Assembly (NCBI GenBank): GCA_002269645.1
Contig: NIVC01004009.1
Span: 836-64,835, forward strand
Direction: 5' to 3'
From: Macrostomum lignano
Taxonomy: Eukaryota
DNA: 64,000 bases
The number at the start of each line of letters is the position of its first letter. Position 1 is the first letter of the stretch. A program made the translations under genes and the position numbers. This document shows positions 48,288 to 59,976 of this stretch, piece by piece. Below the pieces are notes generated by a model. The model had not been told where the DNA came from and searched no databases. It was given only the letters and a program-made list of their open reading frames with translations.

Positions 48288-48641
48288 ATGGCCGGTCGTG
48301 GGTGGCGCACCTACACAGCCTACGATGCGTATCAAAGAAGGCCGGGCATCCGTTTTAGAGATGTCACGGTGCAAGGCCAACCGTGCATGAAGGTGGACGC
48401 CCCGACGCAGGTTACAGAGAAAGACCTCGACGGCGGGCGATCCGTGGCTTCCGGAACCACGGATCCCGAAGGGGGAGTCGTCCGAATCCCAAGAAGGGCA
48501 TGGCCGGGGGGCGACTATGAACCAACATCAACTAGCCGCTGGCGGTCTCTCCAGACCCACCCCATCTTTGCCTGGGGCAACCCCAACGGAGCGCCCCGGA
48601 AGCAAAAAATGATCGGCTACATAAGTAGTAGTATGATGTAA
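48288..48641 (+). CDS. Orphan ORF (MAGRGWRTY...), function unknown
   Basis: Open frame with protein-like composition in an otherwise AT-rich stretch; no recognisable motif. Confidence 0.3.
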   Translation: MAGRGWRTYTAYDAYQRRPGIRFRDVTVQGQPCMKVDAPTQVTEKDLDGGRSVASGTTDPEGGVVRIPRRAWPGGDYEPTSTSRWRSLQTHPIFAWGNPNGAPRKQKMIGYISSSMM

Positions 48642-49365
48642 GGGGTTGGGCCACATTGATCGTTCGGGCGCAGTTCGCGCCACTCACTAGATGACTCACC
48701 CCCTTACACCATTCGACTACAACCAGGAGGTCAGAGTTGCAAGAGGGTGTATAGACATGGCGTGGGGCAATGAGGGTGAGGGCATGGAGGGGGCATTGGC
48801 ATGTGGTATATTTCGCTGAACACAGATTTTTAGAATTTTTTACACTTTTAAAAAAGGGGTGCCCTCATCTCATGCCCTCATTTTTTGTGATTTTTAAATA
48901 TTTGGCAAAAGTGCCATTTTCGAGATTTTGTGAGTAAAACCATAAGAAATGTGTGGTTTGGGGGTTAATATAATCTATTTTCAAGAATAAACAATATGAA
49001 AGTGTCATCCGATTTGAGATTACTTACTTTTTTCATTATAAAAATGGTTTTCAGTAAACCAATTTTTCTTTGTAAACCATTCAATGATGCAAGCAAAAAC
49101 TAGTTAACTGCGTATAAATGCGCAATCCAAAGCTTCTGCAGTGAGTCACTCTTCTCTAAACCTGTGTGCGTTACAATTATTCGTTTTTAACCCCAGTATG
49201 TTGCATGAGGTTTCATTCACTGGCCTCTATTCGTTTTTAACAAAAGACACAATGACCCACTACGAAATGGATGGCTAACACACAGAACAACTAAACTAAA
49301 AAAAGCTTCCATTTAAATACCTGCACAGCGATTCCTCTGAATCTCTGTGTTGAAAGTATTTTACT

Positions 49366-50519
49366 ATGAGTGATATAGAAGTAGCTATAGAGAAATCAAA
49401 GCAACTACGAACTAGAACTGATATTGGACTAACTGAAGCTCTTACTAAGTGGGAGGCGCAAGAGGGACGCAAGTTCAAAACCCGGCTCTCCAATTTGGAG
49501 GAAGGGGTTAAGCTAAAAGCTAAAAAGCCTAAAAGAGCTACCAGTAATGATCGTGAAGAGCGCATATTTTTGCGAAATCTTAGAGAGAAGCTTGTAAAAC
49601 TCAATTCTTGGGGCTTACTAATTGACAGTCGACAGTTTGACAAACTTTTTGACGAATTGGCAAACGATCTAGAGTCAAAGGATATAGACGAAGTCAAGAA
49701 GCACTTTTGTTTAATTTCCGAAGCTCTTGCTGAAGACTTTAAAGACGTTGAGAGAGTTTGAACTGGCCAGAACGATATCATTTTCGAGACGAACTCTCAC
49801 CAAGGAAAATATCGCAGAGGACTTTGGACTAACAAAACGAAAGGTTCTTGATCACACAACTTTTTATGACATTTGTCTAAAATTCCCAGCTCTATTTTTT
49901 CTGGCTATTGTCTATCAACAATTGTGAAATACAAGAAAACAATAGAGAGATTCAGTAACGAAGATGAAGAGTTTGGCGAGTGTTTGAAAATTTCACACGA
50001 GACAGTAGAGTATATTTGTAGTGATGGAAAAACCAAGGAGAAGAGTGTTTCCGTTTGGACAGTTGACGTACGGACGAAACAACCAGAAGAAGATGACGTA
50101 CTCTCGGTTTCAACTGTGCGGCTTCTGGTAAGAAGCGATTCAGCTTTTTACAATAAAGTTTCATGCCATTACTAACTTACCTGTAATACATTTTCTTTAG
50201 AGCTCAGCAACTGGAGGTCACGATGAAGACGATGAAGACGATCTCATGAACAGTGTGGACTGAGAAGGTGTGCCAAGGCGAGACGGAAATAGATGCGTCA
50301 AGAGTAAAATGTCAGCAATGTGGAAGCACAATCGTAAAATCGAACCTAGCGAGGCACAGAAAGACATGTAAAGAACAACACCACAATCCACCGGAGATGG
50401 AGGAGAACAAGAGAAGAGCAAGAAAATACCGAAGGAAGACAGCAGAATGCGACAAGTGCGGAAGAACGTTATCGGCGACAAACATGGCGCGACACAAACG
50501 CACTTGCGGTGAAGCCTGA
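49366..50519 (+). pseudogene. Degenerate orphan gene ending in two C2HC-type zinc fingers
   Basis: Charged helical ORF at 49366-49761 with stop-interrupted continuation to ~50175, then VKCQQCGSTIVKSNLARHRKTC and AECDKCGRTLSATNMARHKRTC. Confidence 0.45.
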
Positions 50520-51227
50520 CGCTGTTCACTCCACGCCGCAAGGCGATAAACGGAGAAGAAGAAGAAGAAGAATAAGTGTGGACTGATTCTTCTCAGGAAT
50601 GCGCCGCTATACAAAGACTGCGCATTTTAATTGATTGTTTGATGATTGAATTAATAGTGTTCTACTGTGAGTAGTAGGAAAAAGTTTTCTTCTTTATTCA
50701 TCTTAAGCCAAAGTTTTTTTATGAAGATTTCGTAAAAAACGAAGAAATATTGTACAAAATAAGCAACACTTCTTTTCTCACTACTCACAGGAAAAAGCGG
50801 CAAAATGCATACCATCTCATTGAATAAAAAGCGCGCCACTATTGTGTTCCACGAGCGCATTGTTATCTTTGGACAGATACTTATTAGTGTCTTCTCGTCT
50901 CATTCATTTTTCACCTACTAAAATAGAAACAAAAATGTGCCACTCAAGTAAGCCACTTTAAATCTGAGTCATCTGCGCTGCTGTGGAGATCTCCAGGTAC
51001 GGTACAAAGTAAGTCACTATACTGGTAAGTAGTAACGTAAAAACGTGAAAACTCAAAAGCTAAAAATTGCAAATTTTAAGACCACGAAAGCAACAAATGA
51101 TCATATTTTGCAACATTTAAATTTATAACTCTGAATATGGTATTCGAGGCTCAAACCTAATGCATTCTATAGGGGTCCCAGGCTTAGGGTCTGGAAGTGG
51201 GAGTTCGAGCGTTTAGACACTAGACAT

Positions 51228-51230
<3 letters not shown>

Positions 51231-51320
<90 letters not shown>
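51231..51320. repeat. (TC)n microsatellite
   Basis: Pure TC run. Confidence 0.97.
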
Positions 51321-51323
<3 letters not shown>

Positions 51324-51562
51324 CTCTTCTCGTTCTCTCTGTCTTTCCCTGCCTCTCTCTAGTGTGCTAAAGCGAACTCCTTACTGCTCCATTCTGAAGC
51401 TGGGTTTGGAATCTGCAACATGAAATGCTGCTAAAGAGTTATGAGAAGCGGTCACTTTGATGTCAGGATGGAAAGCGTTTGAAGTCAGTAATGAAAGAAT
51501 ATTGACTAATTTCGAACTCTCTGTACCCCCACAGTACCTTGCCTTTCTGCTAAAAAAGTGTC

Positions 51563-52470
51563 ATTTCAGTTTTAGAATACATCTTAGTGTCAATTTCAGT
51601 TTTAGAATACATCTTAGTGTCAATTTCAGTTTTAGAATACATCTTAGTATCAATTTCAGTTTTAGAATACGTCTTAGTGTCAATTTCAGTTTTAGAATAC
51701 ATCTTAGTGTCAATTTCAGTTTTAGAATACATCTTAGTATCAATTTCAGTTTTAGAATACATCTTAGTATCAATTTCAGTTTTAGAATACGTCTTAGTGT
51801 CAATTTCAGTTTTAGAATACATCTTAGTGTCAATTTCAGTTTTAGAATACATCTTAGTATCAATTTCAGTTTTAGAATACGTCTTAGTGTCAATTTCAGT
51901 TTTAGAATACATCTTAGTGTCAATTTCAGTTTTAGAATACATCTTAGTATCAATTTCAGTTTTAGAATACATCTTAGTGTCAATTTCAGTTTTAGAATAC
52001 ATCCTGGTGTCAATTTCAGTTTTAGAATACATCTTAGTGTCAATTTCAGTTTTAGAATACATCTTAGTGTCAATTTCAGTTTTAGAATACATCTTAGTGT
52101 CAATTTCAGTTTTAGAATACATCCTGGTGTCAATTTCAGTTTTAGAATACATCTTAGTGTCAATTTCAGTTTTAGAATACATCTTAGTATCAATTTCAGT
52201 TTTAGAATACGTCTTAGTGTCAATTTCAGTTTTAGAATACATCTTAGTGGTCAATTTCAGTTTTAGAATACATCTTAGTGTCAATTTCAGTTTTAGAATA
52301 CATCTTGGTGTCAATTTCAGTTTTAGAATACATCTTAGTGTCAATTTCAGTTTTAGAATACATCTTGGTGTCAATTTCAGTTTTAGAATACATCTTAGTG
52401 TCAATTTCAGTTTTAGAATACATCTTAGTGTCAATTTCAGATTTAAAATACATCTTAGTGTCAATTTCAA
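51563..52470. repeat. 30-bp tandem repeat, ~30 copies
   Basis: Unit TTTCAGTTTTAGAATACATCTTAGTGTCAA with recurring variants and a 1-bp insertion near 52250. Confidence 0.97.
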
Positions 52471-53890
52471 TTTTTGTGTAGACATTGTTTACGTGCCCAT
52501 TAGCATCGTCAATTAATTGTAACGGCGATATTCATTGCGTCATTATCTTCCTTTGAATAAGAGTCTGAAACATTTCTATTAGCTAACAATAAATTATACA
52601 TTTCCTCTCAGTAGAATGCATGAGGCGGCTTTTGAGACAATTTTTTTATTGTCCTCCATAATCCTATTAAATCCATTCATATTATACCCGACAGAATCAG
52701 AAAAAAGGGGAGTCGCACTTGCTCCGAAAACTTCGAACATAATCCTCCTAAATCCATCCATATTATCCCTGACAGAATCAGAGCATAACAGGTGTCCTAC
52801 ATAATCCACTGACATCCACCCATAGCATCTTCGAAACAATCAGAAAATAATCTGTATTCTTCTCCCCACATTCATTTCGCAACGCTAAACCAGATCCTCA
52901 GCGCAGGGTGCTCATCCCCTGAAAAAAATTAAATTCTTAATAAAAATGCTTCCAATCGTCTCTCCAGGTTCTTATTACAAAGCGCACGAGTCTAATTACA
53001 AGAGTAAGTACCGATGCAAACTAGAATGCAGTGATTACATGAGAAAATATTGGCCCGGCGTTGATATCAATGTCCCTAATATTAATCTAGCTCTCCAAAG
53101 CCACTGGTTTCTTAAGTATGGAGTAACCTACGTTTAAGATTACGACAGCTACTATAACTTTTCAGAAATCATTAAGCAATTGTAGTTTTTTTTCGACAAA
53201 CGATTGATTCTCTGCGGAGTACTCACAACTCCTAATTTTTGTTTTGGTTGGTGCTCTCGGGAAAGGAGTTTAGAGTGAACGAGACACGTTTCTCTCCTCT
53301 CCTTTCTCGACCCAAGGAAAAAAGAAGTTCCTTGTGGGAATTTTAAGGTCAGCCTTATAGAAGGAGCATGTTATGTGATTCACGCGCCAGTTAACCTTTA
53401 CAGAGCATGCAGCAATTTCTTATTTTTGACTTGCTTAATCTTTGCATCTTGCCATGGATGTTGAAATGCGAGCAGGCGACAACGTTTACATCGAAAATCT
53501 GGAGAACTTCATTAAGGCAGTATTTTCTAGTAAAGATCTTGGCAATTGGAATGTTTGGGCCGATAAATATAATGCAATTGCTCGGACACCCATCGAGAAG
53601 CCAACTATCATCGGTCGAATAGCAAAAACTGCCGACAAGCAATCGCAAATCAACAAGACTCTGGACGAGCTGCGCAGGCCTACAAGGCCAACGGCGAGCA
53701 TGTGCCTGAGAATTCTCTAGAAGAATTTGAGCAGGGAGCATTCACGATCGACGCGGTGCTTGTACAGATTGCCAACCTTAATAAACTAGTTGAACGGCGC
53801 GGTCAGCAAGGCTTTGCAAACGGCCTACAGCTCGGCAGGATCTTTCGTTTTACAAACGAAGGCTATTACAAACTTATCATAGATATTTAA

Positions 53891-54196
53891 TGTTAGACCC
53901 ACCCATTTGCCAGCACTAAAACAGCCACGCAGACCATGCGCGCCCTCTCTGTGTTAATCCATCTAACTAGCTAACTATGCAAAAAAGCAAATAAGATGGG
54001 TGGGGCGGAAAAATATCACGCCACCACCCCAACACTGCCCCCGAGCACAATGCTGAGTGTTATAAATACAATGCAATTGGAAGAGCCGAGGCTCTCCACT
54101 GCCGAGTTTAGTAAAGTTTGAGCTCAAACCTAAGAAAGGACTTGTCTCAGTTCTTCGAAGTTTCTGCCTGTCGTGGCAGAGGGGTAGCAGGCAACA
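53891..54196 (+). mobile_element. Probable LTR, 306 bp
   Basis: TGTTAG...GCAACA termini; flanks TTTAA/CTTAA (one mismatch); TATAAATA near 54061. Confidence 0.5.
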
Positions 54197-54229
54197 CTTA
54201 ATTTTAACCCCTCTATCACGGAATCATTC

Positions 54230-55338
54230 ACAGGACAGCAGATCACACCCAACAAATAGTGCTTCCATTCAAGTTTCGCGAAACAATCTGCCACTCGTTA
54301 CATGCACTACCACTAGCAGCGCACCTAGGATTCGAAAAAAACCTAGAAAGAATTTGGTGACACTATTTCTGGATCTCAATGGTTTCCGATATTCGAACCT
54401 TTTGTCAAGACTGCATGGATTGCGCTAAGAACAAATTCGGCCAACTACACAAGGGGCTCATCCAAATGCCCGAAATCTATCAGTAGATCTCGTAGGGACC
54501 CATGGTCCCCACAAAACTCCGGAACGAGACAGTCACCCACATCTTGACTATTCTATGCTGTTTTTCACAATTCGCCTTTGCATTCCCAATCCAGATCTAC
54601 CAGCAGAAACCACAGCCGAAACTTTGTTCCAAGTCTTCTGTATGTTTGGAATCCCGATAGAAATTTTCGCAAGCAATGGAAAAAATTTCACGGCATCACT
54701 ATTAGCTGAAGTTCTAGAAATTCTGGGAGTCAAGCACATCTTCTCGTCCACCTACCATCCGCAAGCAAACCATGTAGAGAGACTACACTCTACTCTGCAA
54801 AACATGCTTAGACATTACACGGCGGAAAATCCAAATGAATGGCATAAATACTTATCAGCCACAATCTATGCCTACAATACAGCCAAGCAATCCTCTTCAA
54901 ACTATTCTCCCTTCGAATTGGTTTTCGCGAGGAAACCCCTTGATGCCCACAGAGCTCAAAACTCAGCTGAATCTAGTAAGATATATGGATGAACCGTCCT
55001 ATGCGGCCCGAATGCAAGAAGCTATTACCCTGGCTAGAGAAATAGCCAGACACCATCTCAAAGTGGCCCAGGAAAAGAATACCGGCAGAGCTAACAAAAA
55101 TCGAATGGCCCCTACACTAGCTATTGGAACCAGAGTTATGCTTCAGATCCCAATGAGACAGGGAAAGCACCAAGCCAAGTTCACGGGCGCATATGAAATC
55201 GTGAAAAGAAACAGCGCCACGTCCGTCAGATTAAGGAAAATCGACGATCCGACGCAAGAATCTTTCCAGGTGCACACGGCCCAAGTGATCCGTGGAGAAC
55301 GCAACGCCAACACAGGCAACAGTTCAGTAAGGAAGTGA
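54230..55338 (+). pseudogene. pol: Second, degenerate Ty3/Gypsy integrase related to the one at 37-39 kb
   Basis: LHALPLAAHLG...YFW...CQDCMDC, ASNGKNF, YHPQANHVERLH, YNT, SPFELVFAR, KFTGAY; stops and frameshifts; purine tract near 55425. Confidence 0.85.
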
Positions 55339-56197
55339 GCGTACAAGCTGATGATGAGACGCTCGCGGACACAGTTCGAAAGAAGTACAATTCCCATACT
55401 CCTAGACAAATGATGTCAGGAGATGGGGGGAGAGTAAAAGACTATAGTGACTATTTGATTTACGTATTCATTCGTTGGCGTGCTGAGCACACTAGAATTA
55501 GAAACTCAAATTTATTATTTACTCAAATATCAACACTTAATTTTAACCCCTCTAAAACGAATTATTACGCCAGATGTATGACCAACAACTCGATACCCTT
55601 AGTAGTAATAGGAAATTACACACAACCCCGAATTTTACATTATAGAACAAATAGGACACTATCTGTCAGAAAATTTATTGAACACACAGCCCGATATGTT
55701 TTAAATAGAAAACAAGTAGGACGCTATCCGTCTGTTTTCATTACACATAATCTGTTTTGCAGTAGCCACATTCACTGTATACACACTTGCTGTTTAGAAT
55801 TCTCGCTCATTCTCTCTAGTTATATCTTACACTCCGTGCTACCCATCTTCTACACACATCCCTCTCAGTCTAAATTGCCAAGAAAAAATCATATCAACAA
55901 TTTGTGTGTACAGCCGACTGTACAATGCCCGAGCCCGCGAAGAGTCTTTCAAGGCACACACCCCCTCTCGCCCAAAAAGAGACCCTATGTACGTTGAAGT
56001 TGTACGGTGCTCTCCCCGCACGAAGAGAGGAACGACCCTCCCTCCCCCCAACCCACAGTGGCGCATAGGAATCAAAATAACCCACCCTTCGATTCGCGCA
56101 ATGAGAAGCGTGCGCTAGCCAGCCTTAAAAGCGAAGTCTACTGCAACCGGTTTAGTTTAAGATAGCGAAGCCAAGTCAGTGCTCCGAATTCAACCCA

Positions 56198-56749
56198 GTG
56201 GCAAGAAATCTACTTGTAAACACTATGTCAAGTCAAATGCAGAAAATAGCCATTATATTAAATCGACAGTCTGAAGCACTGCAAAAGAATACTGAAGCTT
56301 TCGAAAAACTCCAAGAATCAGTGAGACAATTAGCCCAAGCTTCAAAAAACACACTCGAAACGCTAGAAGCAGAGCATCGTTCCTCGCAAATCCAAGTCTA
56401 CAACAGTTCGGCTGCAATCGCCTCAATTAGCGAAGTTTTTCAACGAATCTCGAAAGTTTCCAACGCGCAAAGCGCCAGCTTTGGTTTTCTCGCGCTAATT
56501 CTTGTGCTCCTGTTGGCTAGCACTGCCGTATACTGTCTCTGCAAACGCGGCTACAAGCAAAAGTTGATGCGCACTATTTCGCGTCCGCATCATGACAATA
56601 CTCAAGCCACACAAACGATCCCAAGGGCCAACACCGAAATATCCGTTTGGTGCACACCGATTCGCTCTCCTACTGTTCGATTCTCGACACCCCGCTCGTC
56701 GTCTCTACCAACGTTTCCACAGGGCTCTGATGTCGGTCTAATCGTGTAA
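56198..56749 (+). CDS. Coiled-coil + transmembrane ORF of unknown function
   Basis: Heptad-like MQKIAIILNRQSEALQKNTEAFEKLQESVRQL, TM FGFLALILVLLLASTAVYCLC, then a basic cytoplasmic tail. Confidence 0.5.
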   Translation: MARNLLVNTMSSQMQKIAIILNRQSEALQKNTEAFEKLQESVRQLAQASKNTLETLEAEHRSSQIQVYNSSAAIASISEVFQRISKVSNAQSASFGFLALILVLLLASTAVYCLCKRGYKQKLMRTISRPHHDNTQATQTIPRANTEISVWCTPIRSPTVRFSTPRSSSLPTFPQGSDVGLIV

Positions 56750-56970
56750 TCGCAGAGCAGTACGATGGGCTTATTTTTTTTAACTATAACGACCCGATTT
56801 TTACTGTTCTAACAGTGGCTAGCGTAGCAGTTCCAATTATAACAAATATATTTCTCATGTTTTAACCGTGGCCAGTTTAATAATCTATAATTTTTATTGA
56901 CTGCAATGACGCAATACGCTTCAACAGGTGGTAATATTTTGTAATGCTTTCTCTAGCTTTCTCTTCTTTG

Positions 56971-58078
56971 ATGTACCGCTCGATAAGTTCCTTACGTCTT
57001 GATTCCTTGTCCATCGCGACGATTCAACAGCCCGTAGTAAAAGTAAGTTGTCAATGAGCTCGATCGAATGAAGGACAGACTTGTAGACCTTGGAGTTTTT
57101 ATTAAAATGCCCCTTGGAGAGGGGCAGCGTGTCGGATCATTCAACCTCACCCAACGCCGAACCTCGAGACGAAGTCGCCCTGCCTATTTTCGCAGAAGAT
57201 TTTTGCAAAACTCTGTTCGACCTTTTGAGGTAGATTGCGTTTTTGTTAAATGTCTATGTACTGTAATATATACTTTTGCCATTTAAAAAAGTTGCCAAAC
57301 TATTTTCTGCTGCAGATCGGTGGAGCGCATAATCGAGATTGAGCTGGAGGCCAAGTCAGTCTGCAAGATACTGTTTCGCGCAACGAAACAGCCATGTCGC
57401 CACGCGACGGAAGGGTCTTCTGCAGACTACAACCCGGTGCAGTGGGTACCGCTTAAGGCCGCGTACGCTTGCCTCGGCTTTCGAATGAACGACCCTGCGC
57501 ATCCGGACGGTGTGGAAGCCGCGCCGAGCGAATTTAAGGGGGTCTCAGGCCGTTACCACCTATCCATTCAGGCGACGTCCCTGTTTCGACCGCGGATTGC
57601 GACCGGCTGGAAGCTCTCCTTCGCTTTACGATCTATCGTACTAATGGACAGGAACCCAAGCAACCTAAATCTGTTTGCTGGACTCCGCCGACAGCTAGCC
57701 AAGAATCCGACCAAGCTAAAGCGCAAACTATCCACTGGGTCGGGAGAAGAGGAAGAGCAACCTGGGAAGAAGAAGTCCCAGACTTCGTTGGGGAGACAGC
57801 AAGCCAAGAAACCAGCTGCACCCCGTCGCTCTTCTGGCACTAAGAAGCAACAACAAAAGAAGGAGCATGAGCAGCACGACAGGTTGGGCGCGGCTGAGCC
57901 GGTCCCTCCGGTCAAGGTTCTGGTGAGCCCTCCGCAAACAGCTATGCGGTTTGTTGTCAGTGGCGTCCTCGTAGGCACGAACCAAGAATTTACTGCCCCA
58001 ACTGAGCATTTGCTGACTCAAGTGTTCAACGGCAGATCGGTCTCGCACACTCCCCATGAGACAAATATAACTAGCTGA
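56971..58078 (+). CDS. Three-exon orphan gene (56971-57042, 57087-57229, 57316-58078) with a basic C-terminal tail, convergent with the Maverick ATPase
   Basis: GTAAGT...TTGTAG (44 nt, phase 0) and GTAGAT...CTGCAG (86 nt, phase 2) give a continuous frame: MYRSISSLRLDSL...VVK|TLEFLLKCP...LFDLLR|SVERIIEIELE...GRYHLSIQATSLF...WKLSFALRSIV. Confidence 0.5.
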
Positions 58079-58534
58079 TAGACTCCGAGTTCGCGCCTCT
58101 GGATCCGACCGATTAAATAGATTTTGGCAATGGTACACACACGTTAAGGGTATATGATGTGCATATTTTGTGAACATGCCAGTCAAGGCTGTAGATTTAG
58201 CAACTTCGCTTTGTAAATCGTCCACTACCACGAAATCGTGCTCCTGAAGTTGGCTAACCAGCGTGTCTGGAAATCCTCTAACAAAGTGAATTGGACTGTC
58301 GCCTCCGTCTAGCCAAAACGTTCGAATACGTTGCTGTTCCGTCGCTGACAAATCGGTCCCATGACACCAAACTAGACGTTTTGGAGCCTTGTCAAACATC
58401 GCATGGCGTTCCTTCAAGAGTCGCAGGGTCCACTCGGTCTTGCCAGACATCGCTGGGCCAGCAATAATGAACGAGGAATCGTGTGCCAATTGCAAGTTGA
58501 ATGTCTCCGGCGTTGCAGCAGTCATTTTAGGCAC
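57930..58534 (-). CDS. Maverick/Polinton packaging ATPase (FtsK-HerA/A32-like), C-terminus truncated near 57930
   Basis: Walker A GPAMSGKT, Walker B VVVDD, HCQNLF...RTRSLSASYICL, ending at AYEDATDNKPHS. Confidence 0.9.
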
Positions 58535-58946
58535 TCAGTTTCTGTTTCAAGGACATCATTTTTGATACCATCTTGGCAGTAACCTTTTCACCGAAAGGTG
58601 TTTTTGGATCTTGTGCAATCTCACGGGCACCGGTTTCTAGAACCCGGTCTGCCTCCAAGCGTTCCTTTACCCCCTTGTGCTTCGAATAGGCCAAGTCGTG
58701 GATCAGACACAAATCATCAAGACGATTAACCCCGCGTTGTCCCTCCGATAAACGCTGGCGTAGGCGGGTTCCGAAACCACAGAAACGGTAGCCAGGTATT
58801 TGGACCTCAACAGGCAAATGGTTGATTAACCAGTTTACTATTCCGGAACCTCGTTTTTGCTTCTGTTTTGAACTTCTACTTTTGGAATCAATTCGGCCTG
58901 ATACGAGTTTAGTTTTCTTCTTCTTTTCAACTAACTTTTTACCCAT
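58527..58946 (-). CDS. Parvovirus VP1u-type phospholipase A2-like protein typical of Mavericks/adintoviruses
   Basis: PGYRFCGFGT.L..RL...GVNRLDDLCLIHDLAY...R..AD..L, preceded by a basic RGSG stretch. Confidence 0.85.
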   Translation of the reverse strand: MGKKLVEKKKKTKLVSGRIDSKSRSSKQKQKRGSGIVNWLINHLPVEVQIPGYRFCGFGTRLRQRLSEGQRGVNRLDDLCLIHDLAYSKHKGVKERLEADRVLETGAREIAQDPKTPFGEKVTAKMVSKMMSLKQKLSA

Positions 58947-59096
58947 CCAAAATATCGGTACCAGCAAAGCAAAAGAAAAAAATCGATAGTAGACAAGACA
59001 AAATACCCTTGCATATAGCTTTTAAGCGTGGTTATTGTGTATTTAATCTGAGGTTTCTCAAATTTTTAAAGTCTTTTTGTTGCTCTTGTTGCTCAT

Positions 59097-59624
59097 TTAT
59101 CGACCGGTGCTACCAAAGCCCATAGCTCCGCGCTTGCGGGGCTTGGGTTCAACAATCAAGCAGCACTCTCCAGGAGCCTCCTCCAGCACGACCGGAACCA
59201 CCAGTGCCTGTTCCAAGATCAGCTGGGCAATGCGTTCTCCAGCCTTAAAAGTGTAGTCTTCAAAGCTGTGGTTGTAAAAAATCACAGCAATCTCGCCGGC
59301 GAAATCCGGGTCGATGACACCCGCACCAACATCAATGCCACGCATTGCAAGCTCAGATCGCGGTGCAATCCTTCCGTAGGTCCCGTCCGGAACGCGAATA
59401 GAGATTCCGAGCGGTACAGCCGCGCGGCCGTGTGCAGGAATCAACCTGTCTTCGATGACAGACAAATCGTAGCCGATGGAACCTTGGGTAAGACGCACCG
59501 GAAGCACACCAGTTTCCCGCAATCGTTTCACTTGCAGTACAGCCGGCAGATGATTCGTTGAATCGTTTTTCTGCGTCGTCATTGTCTCGCCACACAGTTC
59601 TGGCTTCTGATCTGTCGAATCCAT
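59097..59624 (-). CDS. dut: dUTPase
   Basis: GYDL, GRIAPRS, GVIDPDFAGEI, GERIAQL, RGAMGFGSTG. Confidence 0.92.
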   Translation of the reverse strand: MDSTDQKPELCGETMTTQKNDSTNHLPAVLQVKRLRETGVLPVRLTQGSIGYDLSVIEDRLIPAHGRAAVPLGISIRVPDGTYGRIAPRSELAMRGIDVGAGVIDPDFAGEIAVIFYNHSFEDYTFKAGERIAQLILEQALVVPVVLEEAPGECCLIVEPKPRKRGAMGFGSTGR

Positions 59625-59976
59625 TGTGGCTGAAATTTGTGAAACAGAGGTCTCTTTGTAGTCACCACCTTCTAGCAGAGATGGTTGCTTATACCCAAAA
59701 TCAAACGCTTCTTCTTCTTCAATATCGACGAATACTAATGGTTTCAATGCGTACGTATTCCACATTTTTTGTGCTAAGTACCTAGCAAATATTACTTTGC
59801 TTACACCCTAAATTCCCAAATGAGTGAAATCTCAAGTTTGACAACATTTATGCAGATAGAATAAAACGATAATTATGCAGATAGAATAAAACGATAATAT
59901 TTAATCAGAAACGTAGCTCGTATATTAGGATTAGATCATTCTTAGTCTACAAAGTAGCAGCAAGTCAATAAATTGA

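Noticed and set aside
51457-52516. Long ORFs on both strands
   Set aside because: Translations of the 30-bp tandem repeat.
55353-55390. Hammerhead ribozyme candidate (CTGATGA...GAAA); also 18557
   Set aside because: No pairing for stem II or the flanking stems.
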